The notes under the pieces were generated by a model that made no database searches, was not told where the DNA came from, and saw only the letters and a list, made by a program, of their open reading frames with translations. A stretch of 52,024 bases of DNA. It comes from Squatina squatina (taxonomy: Eukaryota). Positions 12,549 to 23,915 of the stretch are shown piece by piece (the stretch's first letter is position 1; every line of letters begins with the position of its first letter). The stretch spans positions 435,948 through 487,971 of the forward strand of contig JARFOE010000100.1 of NCBI GenBank assembly GCA_031763465.1. The letters run 5' to 3'. The translations under genes were made by a program, and so were the position numbers.

Positions 12549-13443
12549 AATTACGGAGAAAAGAATAGTAGGATATGTTGATAGGTTTGGGTGGGAGGAG
12601 GCTCGTGTGGAGCATAAATGCCAGCATGGACTAGTTGGGCCGAATGGCCTGTTTCTGTGCAGTAAAATCTATGTCATTCTATATTGTTAATTACACACAC
12701 ATATATACTTCATCCTGAAATCTCTATTTGGTGCCACAGCTTTACAACAGATCAGACTTCCAATTGGTTCTCAACAAGCTGAGCATGTTATTGTCAACCC
12801 CACGGCTTGCTGTGCTCAATGTAGTCTGTAGTTCAGCTAGCCAAGTGGGGAAAGATGGTTGCCAGAGCTTTGCCTCTTTCATTACAAAGAGTGAATGCCA
12901 TGTGTACTTTGCGGACCTGATTTGCATTGCACCAGCTGGTGACATATGCACTCTGAGTATTGCAACAGCTGCCATAGGCACTTTGTTCTGGCCAGATTTC
13001 CTCAGTTCATATTCTTGGATTAATACAAGTGAAGTGAGAGCCTCCTTTCAAAGTGCAGTCATTGATTTTCTGGTAAGATCCATTTGCATTTCCCAGTCAT
13101 CTCAAAGAAGATGTAGGCAAGCAGTGCATCCACAGGCTCCATTAGTGTCATTAATCCCACCTCCTTGGTGTAAATGATCTCCTCCAGCTTCTCTCTCGCC
13201 ACAGCAGAGAGATTATTAACAGCTGATCTAATTTTTTTTCCGCTGTCACTTTGAAAAGTAGATGAACATAGAGGAAAATGTACTGATTGCAGAGCTGTGC
13301 TGATTATAAAGAGGCTTTAATCTGACCAGTGTAAGATTGGAAAACAAATGCCACTGGCCCAGTGCCAGAAAAAAATGATTCAAAAGCTAGACTTTTGTGT
13401 GAAAATACTGCAGCTCAAAACAGGGCTCGAATTAAACCATCAA

Positions 13444-13614
13444 CAAGACAGGCCTATCTACAAAATAGACCTAACTACAAAACAGGCCTACCCACAAAAT
13501 AGGCCTACCTACAGAATTGGCCTAACTACAAAATAGGCCTACCGACAAAACAGGCCTACCCACAAAATAGGTCTTAACTACAAAATCGCCCTACGCACAC
13601 AATAGGCCTACCCA
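13444..13614 (+). repeat. 17-bp minisatellite, about 10 units, consensus CAAAATAGGCCTACCYA
   Basis: Ten consecutive units can be parsed by eye, one of them 18 bp. Confidence 0.9.
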
Positions 13615-13996
13615 TAAATTGCATCCCTTAAAGGCACCACTTCCTACCTGAATCCCCATCTAATTGGAAACATCAGATTTAATATAACTTTAAAGAATCT
13701 TTAAACTGAAAGTTTCATCCAGAGAAAGGGAACCAAAGTCTCCTTTGTCTCTACTGGTCCTGTGGGAAATAATTTTGGGCCGACAGCGTTAAATTGCCCT
13801 CATTCCACATACATTGTCGACCTCAACCAGACAGGCCAGATGATGACTGCTATGGAAATGGGAAAACTGATGCATTGCTCATCTGAGGCTGGTACTNNNN
13901 NNNNNNNNNNNNNNNNNNNNNNNNNNNNNNNNNNNNNNNNNNNNNNNNNNNNNNNNNNNNNNNNNNNNNNNNNNNNNNNNNNNNNNNNNNNNNNNN

Positions 13997-14157
13997 TCAT
14001 GTCACCTCTAGTTCTTTGACCAATCACCTTAAGTCTGAGCCCTCTGGTTATTGACCCTTCAGTCATCGGCAGCAGTTTCTCTTTATTTACTCTATCATGG
14101 TTTTCAACACCACTATCAAATCTCCTCTTAGCCTTCTCTGCTCCAAGGAGAACAGGA
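13997..14157 (-). mobile_element. CR1 ORF2 C-terminal fragment
   Basis: The - strand encodes EGSITRGLRLKVIGQRTRGDM, preceded by an FSLEQRRLRGDLI-like sequence. Confidence 0.75.
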
Positions 14158-15026
14158 CAAGTAACTGAGCAGGTGGGAAGGAGATCCTACCTCGAGTCTA
14201 GTGGTGTTCAAATGTTTCTGGGTGTGTGGTGGGGGGGGCGCTCTCCATGTCCAATGTGCACTCCCCCACAACCTAACGTTCCAAACACAGTCAGCTACCA
14301 AAAGGAAAATGCTTTTCTTATTATACAGGAACTGAAAGCAGTCGGTCAACAGATGCCGCAAGTTTCGGCTTTTTTTGTTGAGATTTAAGGCATGGTATAA
14401 ATGAGTTGGAATGCTGAACTCCCATGGTCCCACCGACCATGGCGGTCTTGCTTTCACAAGAATACAGATAGATTATAGAGTACAGAATGCAAGATGTGGT
14501 GTGCCTGGCCCCCCCACCCCCAAGATAGACTGAAAGCTAATGACCAAGGACACAGGTTTCCAAACTGGGAGCCTCTCACTGAACAACCCCCAGGGGCCAT
14601 GGATCCCAGTTTGAGCACCTATCCCCTTAAGATGTCCAGTAATTGGCTGTGTGATAACTGTCGAGATTGTCTAATCCAATTGTATTTTAAAACAGAGACA
14701 AAATAGAGAGACATCTATGATGGTATATTTAGAGCTTAACAGAAACAAGAGGCAACTTCAGATGAGCAACGACCACAGTATTGAAATAATAAGGTGGACA
14801 AGAAAGTTTCTGACACACATAGAAGGTACAGAAAGCATACAAGTTTGCAGATTACAATGTTATTTTAACTGAACAAAATGGAATTTCTGCACATCACCCA
14901 TTTGAGGAAACCTTTGTAGGCACTTAGATCAGTTGTTTCTGTGTGTAACTGAGCTTGTTGGAGTCGGAGTGATTCGGCCCTTACCAAATTTCTGATACTT
15001 TGCTCTTGGTTAGTCATCCTTAATAA

Positions 15027-15383
15027 GCAGCTGTAGCTGCACTGTACTGTGTACAGCGGCAGCAGGAGGAGGAAGAGCAGCAGCAACAACAACAGCAGCA
15101 GCAGAGCCCTCAAAATGCAAGGGGAGCTGCAGTTGGACCTCTCCGAAAGCAGCAGGCAAGGGAGACAGCTCACAGAAGGAACTAATCACCCAACAGGGTC
15201 TGCAGATCACCAGTCACCTTTCTTGAGATGTCTGAGGAACAGTGACAGTGGCTGTGCTCGTTTAGTCAGGTTGTTGCTGGCCTCTGCAGCCTCCTGCAGC
15301 AAGACCTGCTGCCTGCTGGACAAGGGGGCAATGTCATACCAGTGGCTGTAAAGGTTACCACCGTCCTGAATTTCTATGCCTCA
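15027..15383 (+). mobile_element. Degraded PIF/Harbinger (HARBI1-like) transposase N-terminal fragment with a poly-Q/E leader
   Basis: One frame reads QQEEEEQQQQQQQQQSPQ...RRN*SPNRVCRSPVTFLEMSEEQ*QWLCSFSQVVAGLCSLLQQDLLPAGQGGNVIPVAVKVTTVLNFYAS. The end matches the Harbinger PVAVKVT.ALNF.ASGSFQ motif. Two in-frame stops, then an N-gap. Confidence 0.75.
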
Positions 15384-16374
15384 NNNNNNNNNNNNNNNNN
15401 NNNNNNNNNNNNNNNNNNNNNNNNNNNNNNNNNNNNNNNNNNNNNNNNNNNNNNNNNNNNNNNNNNNNNNNNNNNNNNNNNNNTTGTTGTTGTAGAAGAG
15501 TTTTTTGTTACGAGCTTGACATAATTGCGTTGATAATTATCACCCAGATGTGCTCTGATTGGATTGTCACATGGAAGGCTGTGTCTTTGCTTGAAGTAGT
15601 TGCAGTAAAAAAAAACGCTGCACGTTGATGTTTCGTCAGAATCGTTACAACAAGTGACAAGAAAATATTGAAGTACCTGCCTCACTCCACTGAAGCAAAT
15701 GGATTTAAGTTGTGTTTCTGATGAGGGTTTCAAAAAAGGGGTGACAGAAACCGCACAGCAGATGTCTTATTAAAGAGAATGAAAAGTCTTTTGATGAAAC
15801 AAAAATTGCCCCAATGAATAAAATGTCAACCGATTTAAAATGAGATGCTTGACTATTTTGGGTATGATTGTTCAAACACCCTCTTCAGTCTTTGAAGGGG
15901 ATTTCCATGAAAATGAGTATCTGAAACTCAGAAAAGGCTTCACCTCGGAGCTCTGTTGTTTTTGTGCGAATGCAGATGAATCACTATTCATTGCCAGGAG
16001 AACAGATTGAGTGGGTAGTTAAAAGCTGTTGCATAATATAATTGGTTGCCAGCGAGTTCTGCTTTTAATTACAAAAGCATGAATTTTTAGTGATATTTAG
16101 AGGCTAACTTAGCGGTAGAAACGTCAATGCTGAAATGCCTCGAAGGTGGGCTGCACAAGAGTTGAGTTTCGGCCAATCTACAACCATGCCAGGAAATAGC
16201 AATTATGGNNNNNNNNNNNNNNNNNNNNNNNNNNNNNNNNNNNNNNNNNNNNNNNNNNNNNNNNNNNNNNNNNNNNNNNNNNNNNNNNNNNNNNNNNNNN
16301 NNNNNNNNCGTGTTTGTGATTTCCTCCCACTGTACCTATTGTGTGAGCTGGATTGCAGCTGTGACCTTCTTTGC

Positions 16375-16790
16375 TCGTAATCAAGTGTCAGAAGGTCATG
16401 GATTCAAGCTCACTCCAGAGACTTGAGAAAATTAACCAGGCTGGCACTTCAGTGTAGTACTGAGGGCGTGCTACAGTGTCGGAGGTGCTGTCTTTCAGAT
16501 GAGACGTTAAACTAAGGCCCGTTTGCTCTCTCAGGTTGACGTAAGTGATTCCATGGCATATTCAGTGAAGAGCAGGTAAGTTCTCCCCGGTGTCCTGGTC
16601 AATGTTTATTCCTCAATCAACACCTAAAAAACTGGCCATTTATCGCATTGCTGTTTGTGGGATCTTGCTGTGTCGGTGGCCACATTTCGTAAAATACAAC
16701 AGTGGCACTTAAATAAGTACTTAATGAGCTGTATCTTTGGGGCATCCTGAGGTTGTGAAAGGCACTTAATAGATGCAAATTCTTTCTTTA
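16375..16790 (+). mobile_element. Near full-length DeuSINE-like element
   Basis: B-box-like GGATTCAAGCTC head, GGTGTCCTGGTCAA, core GATCTTGCTGTG, tail AAAGGCAC..ATAGATGCAAATTCTTTCTT. Confidence 0.75.
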
Positions 16791-16863
16791 TAATAGTAAA
16801 ATGTACTTTGCTTAGGTGGAACATTATGTTCCGAGACTAATGTCACAATGTGTGATTTTACAG

Positions 16864-16918
16864 CCCCAATGGAAGTGCTGTTCTCATTCGATGTGGGTAA
16901 TGGTCCATCTGAGGTTAC
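16864..16918 (+). CDS. Copy A CASPR/CNTNAP5-like gene, 5' part of the laminin-G3 exon ([18 protein letters not shown]), truncated by an N-gap
   Basis: TTTTACAG acceptor (AG 16862-16863), phase 1. FSFDVGNGP is the CASPR LamG3 motif. Homologous to the start of the - strand exon at 33328. Confidence 0.9.
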
Positions 16919-17018
16919 NNNNNNNNNNNNNNNNNNNNNNNNNNNNNNNNNNNNNNNNNNNNNNNNNNNNNNNNNNNNNNNNNNNNNNNNNNNNNNNNNN
17001 NNNNNNNNNNNNNNNNNN

Positions 17019-17247
<229 letters not shown>

Positions 17248-17689
17248 TAATTAGAGCAGGACATTGGATTCCATCAATGGTATCTTGCTAATACACAATG
17301 TAATTTAATGTTATTGAATGGAGCAATGTAATAGCTGTTTGTAAAAGTGTTTTTAATGGATGTGATAATTTTTCACAAGGGCACCATTACCTTGTAAGGC
17401 AAATCAGATGGTTAATTGAACAAGGCAAATACTTCACTGAAAATAATTTGCTTGCAGATCATTGCTACTTATTACTCTCACAGTAAAGTCAGTTTAATCA
17501 GTTTCAAGATCGCAAGCTATGTTTGTGTTCACTACATACAACTTGGGAGATGCCTCAGAAGTAGGCAAATATCTTACAAAAGGCGGAAAGAAGACGGGGC
17601 TGCGATCACATCTGGAATTAGTATATCGGAAGCCACTAGTGAGCTTATAGCATCCCCGACGCTCCCCAACTCAACTAGCCCTTTTCCAA

Positions 17690-18270
17690 TTTGTTATTAT
17701 TCATTCTTGGGATGTGAGCATCACCACCAAGCCCAGTGTTTATTGCCCATCCCAAATTGCCCTTCAGAAGGTGGTGGTGAACTGCCTTCTTGAACTGCTG
17801 CAGTCCATTTGGTAAAGGTACTGCCGCAGTGTTATTAGGCAGGGAGTTCTAGGATTTTGATCCAGCGACGATGAAGGAACGGCAGTATATTTCCAAGTTG
17901 TGGCCTGGAGGGAAACTTGGAGCTGATGGTGCTCTCATGCGTCTACTGCCCTTGTCCATCTAGGTGGTAGAGGTCGTGGGTTTGGCAGCTGCTGTCGGAG
18001 GAGCCTTGGAGAATTGCTGCTGTGCATCCTATAGGGGGTAAACACTGCAGCCATGTTCGGTGGTGGAGGGAGTGAATGTTTAAGATGGTAGATGGGGGAG
18101 CCGATCAAGCGGACTGCTTTTTACTGGATGTTGTCATGTGTCTTGAGTGTTGGTAGAACTGCACCCATACAGGCAAGTGCAGTAAATTGCATCACACTCC
18201 TGACTTGTGACTTGCAGGTGGTGGATTCAGGAGGTGAGCCACTCGCTGTGGAATACACAGCCTCTGAACC
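17690..18270 (-). mobile_element. Non-LTR retrotransposon 3' portion in an intron of copy A
   Basis: Longest copy of the family also seen at 420-640 and 11565-11675. The - strand has degenerate LINE C-terminal coding (SFIVAGSKS.NSLPN). Confidence 0.7.
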
Positions 18271-18967
18271 ACTCAAGTCGCCTCTAGGTGTATATAATTA
18301 AAATTATATACACCAGCTGTATATTTAATGTTGCTGAAATTGAAGCAGAGTCTTTAATGGTATTGCTGGTTGAAATCAGGACTACTTGTGGGAGTATTTA
18401 ACTTATCATAACAGAACCTTGTACATTGATTAGATGCAAGATGGCCATGTTCCCAAATGAATCTGCCATTGTCGCTGGCTGACTGTGCTGTATTCCTGAT
18501 TTGACGGTGTCTCCTGTGAGGAACTGCCATTCATTTCCATGGGTGGCAGTAATGCAGACTCACCTCTCGGTACTTATTGGTGTTTGAGACAATGTGGAGT
18601 AGAGTTTCCCACAAGGTTTTCCCGAACTCCCACTTTACCTTCAGTGGAAAACCTGGAGGAACGAAGCGGAGGTGGATAACCGTTTTTAGCCCTTTCTCCC
18701 AAAGTCCCGCTGACCTCCCACAGGAAGTTCCGCGCCGAGACTTTAGCATAAAATGACGTCCAATATCAAAGAAGAGCAGGGGAGTCCCTCAACCAATGGA
18801 CTCTTCAGCCAAGTTTGTGTTAGCTTGTTCCCCTTGATATCACTGCTATCTCTGGCTCAGAAGGTGTNNNNNNNNNNNNNNNNNNNNNNNNNNNNNNNNN
18901 NNNNNNNNNNNNNNNNNNNNNNNNNNNNNNNNNNNNNNNNNNNNNNNNNNNNNNNNNNNNNNNNNNN

Positions 18968-19112
18968 GGGAGTCAAAGGTTATGGGGAACAGGCAGGAAA
19001 GTGGAGTTGAGGCCAGAATCAGTTCAGCCATGATCCCATTGAATGGCGGAACAGGCTCGAGGGGCCGAATGGCCCACTCCTGTTCCTATTTCTTAGATTC
19101 TTATGTTCTTAT
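18968..19112 (+). mobile_element. CR1 3' UTR with (TTCTTATG)n tail
   Basis: GVKGYGEQAGKWS* ORF2 end, GGCTCGAGGGGCCGAATGGCC hairpin region and TTCTTATGTTCTTATG tail. Confidence 0.82.
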
Positions 19113-20192
19113 GTCAACAGACTGTTCTAAACATGACAAACACATAGCTCCATTTCTCCTGCTGCTGGATCCCACAGATCTCAGGTGGACAGCTTTCCCT
19201 CTCATGTTTCTCTATAACCCTTCAACCACCCAGTTGATATCTGCTGAGATAGGGAAGCCGCTTCTCGGCGCAATGGAGGTTATAAACCCTGCAGCCTGCC
19301 ATTCCGCGATAAGACATATTGGAGGTCTCACTCCACCTGGTATGAGAAGTGAAACTGTAGGAGCTGCTTTTCTCAGACACGCAGCAGTGCAACTAGAGCC
19401 TTAGTTCACACGCGACCTTTGCTCTACCCAACCTGAGATTACTCGATGCCTGAGTGTTCAGTCCCCAGCAATGATGTTCCATCACCTTGATGAGAACAAG
19501 ATCCTCTATATTAAATCAAGGTGGTTTTTGTTTGAAAGTAATTTGAATTATTATCATTTTGTACGTGCCTGCTTAAACATCGTCCCAATGTCAGAAGGCC
19601 CAGTATTCACGACCCATACCATTGAAAACAGGCACTGTGCACAAGAACACACTCAAAGAGAGCATCTTGGCATCAGCAGTTGTGCAAGAGGGGGGTCTCC
19701 ATCTCCCCCTATGCCCAACACATGGCAGGATGGGGTGAACCAGGCCTGGATGGTGAGCTCAAAAGTTCTGATGAATTGATGATAATTCATTGAATATCTT
19801 CATCATCAGAACCCACATATTATAAGGAAACAAGGTAAGTGGGGAAATTGGAGCCCTCTTTAAAAAAAAAAATGCCCATTCCCCATTTTATATTATTAAC
19901 ATTCCCAATCAACCTAATGATCAATGCGTCTGCCCAGTCTGAAAATGGATTGATTGCAATTTGAACGGGCGAAACTGTCCCCATCAGGAGGGCATCTTGT
20001 CAGCTCGTATTATGGAGGGGCTTTACCAGGGGTTTGGCACGGTTCACAGCTCTATTTGCCTTGTATCCATGGGCTTTTCCATTGTGCCTGTTTTTGCTGT
20101 AAGTTTCGGATCGACTCTTTCTGAAAGCTTGGTGTCCTTTTACTTTTAAGCTTCATATCTTGTAAATTGAAAGCAACCAACTTTTGTTGCAG

Positions 20193-20326
20193 GGAGTCTC
20201 CAGATCAGATACAAGCTGGATAATGATAAAGACACCGATATCTTCAGCATCGATGGCAGAAGGTTGGCAAATGGACAACTCCACAGTGTGAAGATTGATC
20301 GGGAAGGAAGGGATATCTACATTCAG
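20193..20326 (+). CDS. Copy A CASPR/CNTNAP5-like gene, laminin-G4 exon (GSLQIRYKLDNDKDTDIFSIDGRRLANGQLHSVKIDREGRDIYIQ); absent from the ORF track
   Basis: TTTTGTTGCAG acceptor (AG 20191-20192), CAG|GTAATG donor. 134 nt, phase 1/0, no stops. GSLQIRY...ANGQLH..I.REG matches CNTNAP LamG4, and the size matches the recalled CNTNAP2 exon 20. Confidence 0.92.
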
Positions 20327-21721
20327 GTAATGCAGCCATTTGTTCAACAAGAACATTAAAAGTGCAAACACAAAGATGGTTTTAGTTGAAATTGAGAAAG
20401 CAAGTTCTAGGGTCACCATGGAATTTGCAAAGTGTAGGAGAGAACAGTAGATAAGGCAAAATGCAATCATTTCAACAGGATGCAGACTGTGCAATTAAGG
20501 GAAGATGAAAGGAAGTAAGGAGTTCAGTCATTTTGAGGCCAGCGGAAAGAATGAATTTGAGAAAATGAAATGAGTCTTTATTTCAACACAGTGAAAGTGC
20601 ATGGATAAGGAAGGACATATTTGGCATTTGGGAGAGGTAAGACAAAGTTCAGAGCATCATTAACTACATATCAATAAAAAGNNNNNNNNNNNNNNNNNNN
20701 NNNNNNNNNNNNNNNNNNNNNNNNNNNNNNNNNNNNNNNNNNNNNNNNNNNNNNNNNNNNNNNNNNNNNNNNNNNNNNNNNACCCAGAGGCGAGAGTGCC
20801 ACTCATTGAGGCACAGGAATTGGGAATGTCAGCGGGTGGAGGATTGGAGATAACTGAGCCTTGAGGTGATGGAGTAAGAGTGAAGCAGCGTAAATCAGCG
20901 CTCCTGTTTAGCAGCTATCCTGTTGCATTCCTCTCATCTTCACAGCACTGTTCTCTTCATGATTGACTGAAAATCACATTTGGCAATTTATTGCTTGGTT
21001 GGCTTCAATATTTCCCCTAATGTCCCTGTAGATTTCTTNNNNNNNNNNTCGATGTGTAAACAAAGAATAGGGATGTGCATGTGAGAAAAAAACTTGGAAC
21101 CTGTTGGCTTTCCTTAATTAAATCAGGTCTAGATTTTAATTATCAGACTTAAGTGATAAATCATCAAAATTCAATGAAAAATGCAGACTTCTTCACATCT
21201 GTACATCTGAATAAGGTTTGGACATAATCCGCTGGAGTGAGCAGCACTGCAGCACTCTGCATGGTCCAGTGACTAGAAATAAGGATCATGTTTACTTAGT
21301 TCCCACTCAGCAGCCCCTTTACTGGCACCATTCCCCATGTGACAGACAGGCCATTAGTTGCAGATTCATGCATTCGCTTTACTGCCTGATAGCCATCTGC
21401 TGCCTGCGGTGACNNNNNNNNNNNNNNNNNNNNNNNNNNNNNNNNNNNNNNNNNNNNNNNNNNNNNNNNNNNNNNNNNNNNNNNNNNNNNNNNNNNNNNN
21501 NNNNNNNNNNNNNTGGATTATCACTCCAGTAACGTAACCACTATGCTACCGTACCCTATATTTCCTTATATGGCTTGGAGTCAAATTTTGTTTGATAATC
21601 GCTCCTGCACAGTGCGTTGGGATGTTTTACGACGTTAAAGATGCTATATAATGCGAGTACCGGTAGTTTTTACAGTGCCCTGAATGTACAGTTTCTATTG
21701 TATGAGTACCTGGCAAGTCTT

Positions 21722-21728
21722 TACTAAC
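21722..21728 (+). promoter_or_regulatory. Perfect U2 branch-point consensus TACTAAC before the terminal exon of copy A
   Basis: TACTAAC about 30 nt upstream of the CAG acceptor (AG 21753-21754), followed by a pyrimidine tract. Confidence 0.7.
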
Positions 21729-21754
21729 TTTTCTACTCCCTGTAAAATTCACAG

Positions 21755-21951
21755 GCGTGATAGCGATGGTGATCTTTGTCATCCTCTGTATCGTCGCTGT
21801 GATGGGTCGTTTGCTGTACAGACACAAAGGCACGTACCGCACCAACGAGACAAAGGGGGCGGAGTATGCCGAGAATGCAGAAGGCTCACTGAAGAACAAT
21901 GCCAATTACCAGGACTCCGTTAGCGAAGGCAAGAAGGAGTATTTCATCTGA
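21755..21951 (+). CDS. Copy A terminal exon: transmembrane helix, protein-4.1-binding (GNP/4.1m) motif and PDZ ligand (GVIAMVIFVILCIVAVMGRLLYRHKGTYRTNETKGAEYAENAEGSLKNNANYQDSVSEGKKEYFI*); CNTNAP5/glycophorin-C-like
   Basis: Acceptor AG 21753-21754, phase 1, 197 nt to TGA 21949-21951. Hydrophobic stretch followed by RHKGTY and C-terminal KEYFI. Confidence 0.95.
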
Positions 21952-22180
21952 CAGCGATGCAAGCCCTCCTTATTACTACAGTTACAGCAGCAAGTTAATA
22001 ACACTACAGCCGGGACTCGCTGTCTGTGCTATGAGTCAGCTCCAGACTAAACGGCCAAACGTTAACGTTCTAAGTACGCGGCACATGACAAATGACTGGT
22101 TTACACTTTTGTTCACTTTGACAGGACAGGGATAAAACCTATTGTTTCCTGCTAACTCTAGGTCAGCTCAGGGGAGTAGA
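21952..22180 (+). other. Proximal 3'UTR of copy A, homologous in inverted orientation to the 3'UTR of copy B (about 27775-28006)
   Basis: Aligns by eye with the reverse complement of 27775-28006. Shared blocks include ATTACTACAGTTACAGCAGCA, GGGACTCGCTGTCTGTGCTA, GACTGGTTTACACTTTTGTT and AACCTATTGTTTCCTGCTAA. Confidence 0.88.
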
Positions 22181-22858
22181 AATAAGAATTTTGTAAACTC
22201 TATGTGAAAACAGCAGAGAAAAAAATTACCATTATATTAATGTACTGCATGAAAAATAAGCAACTATTCACTCTTATTTTCTGTTTGGTTTCTGTTGATG
22301 GTTTTCCCACCAGATTTTCTCCCCACTGATTCAGTGCTGACTCAGTCTGGGGTAAGGTTTCTGGCAACCCTCCAGCACCTGATAAGCCAACAACAACAAC
22401 TTGCATTTATATAGCACGTTCAACATAGTAAAACGTGCCNNNNNNNNNNNNNNNNNNNNNNNNNNNNNNNNNNNNNNNNNNNNNNNNNNNNNNNNNNNNN
22501 NNNNNNNNNNNNNNNNNNNNNNNNNNNNNNNNNNNNNNNNNNNNNNNNNNNNNNNNNNNNNNNNNNNNNNNNNNNNNNNNNNNNNNNNNNNNNNNNNNNN
22601 NNNNNNNNNNNNNNNNNNNNNNNNNNNNNNNNNNNNNNNNNNNNNNNNNNNNNNNNNNNNNNNNNNNNNNNNNNNNNNNNNNNNNNNNNNNNNNNNNNNN
22701 NNNNNNNNNNNNNNNNNNNNNNNNNNNNNNNNNNNNNNNNNNNNNNNNNNNNNNNNNNNNNNNNNNNNNNNNNNNNNNNNNNNNNNNNNNNNNNNNNNNN
22801 NNNNNNNNNNNNNNNNNNNNNNNNNNNNNNNNNNNNNNNNNNNNNNNNNNNNNNNNNN

Positions 22859-23271
22859 TCACACAGACACACACACGCACAGACACACTTCCACACACAC
22901 AGACACACTCACAGAGACAGACACTCACACAGACACACACACAGATACACACACCACACACACAGATGCACTCACACAAACACAGACACAGTCGCACAGA
23001 CACACTCACACACAGACACTCACACAGACACACACACGCACAGACACACTTCCACACACACAGACACACTCACAGAGACAGACACTCACACAGACAGACA
23101 CACAGATACACACACCACACACACAGACACACTCACAGGCACACAGACGCACACACACATAGACCCTCTCACACAGACACACACACAAACACACTCACAG
23201 ACACAGACACACTCACAGACACAGACACTCAGACAGACATACACACAGACACACTCACACGCACATAGACA
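22859..23271 (+). repeat. Complex CA-rich repeat (ACAC/ACAG/ACTC) with a 161-bp higher-order duplication
   Basis: The block starting at 22859 recurs at 23020, including the rare CACTTCCAC and CACCACAC variants. Confidence 0.88.
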
Positions 23272-23878
23272 CTGGACTCCTGACAAATATCCCTTTCCTG
23301 GCGAAGCCCGCTAATGTCAATTTTAGCATCCCTATTGTTAGCCCAGCTGAAATCAGCTATCTCAGCACAGGCCAAGATTCAAGCTGTTCATATATGCTAG
23401 AACGTGTATAGAGTGCGCATGTTTGGCAAGGCAATGCAGACAGATGTTTAGTAAATCAAGGCAACAGTAATCAAGGAATGTCGGATGGAATGACTGACAC
23501 TGAGCTACAGTAAGAAGGCGCTGGTGGATCTTGATATTAGTTACACGTGGTAACTGGGATGTAGGCTTTGGGAGACCATAGCACCAACATCCCTGACACC
23601 AACCAATGCAAAAAAACATCTCCGGAGTTCATGTTCGTCATTTCCCGCATAATGGTAATTTTTCACTGCTTTTATTTAATTCCATTTTATGAAAATCTTG
23701 GGTCTAATCCTATGACCTGACCTCAACGACATTTCCGTACTGTAATACACGTTCTTTTTGTACCCGGAATGTGAAACGACCGACTATCTTGCGACTTAAT
23801 TAACACGGGAGATGTTGGCTCTCTGAGTGATCATAGTGCCAGATGGAGCTGAGTCCTTTACTCCATTATTCACCATAT

Positions 23879-23882
<4 letters not shown>

Positions 23883-23910
<28 letters not shown>
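23883..23910. repeat. (TA)14 microsatellite
   Basis: Perfect TA run. Confidence 0.95.

Positions 23911-23915
<5 letters not shown>

Noticed and set aside
12728-13177. 149-aa gap-free ORF
   Set aside because: Non-ATG start, no recognisable domain and no convincing splice boundaries. Probably a chance ORF.
13444-13614. CRISPR-like appearance of palindrome-containing direct repeats (also 42773-42912)
   Set aside because: No unique spacers, no cas genes and a vertebrate context. These are minisatellites.
21755-21951. Calling copy A CNTNAP2 because of RHKGTY
   Set aside because: From recall, CNTNAP2 ends in EWLI. The EYFI terminus, GPFCKK, closeness to copy B and BIN1 linkage point to the CNTNAP5/GYPC locus.
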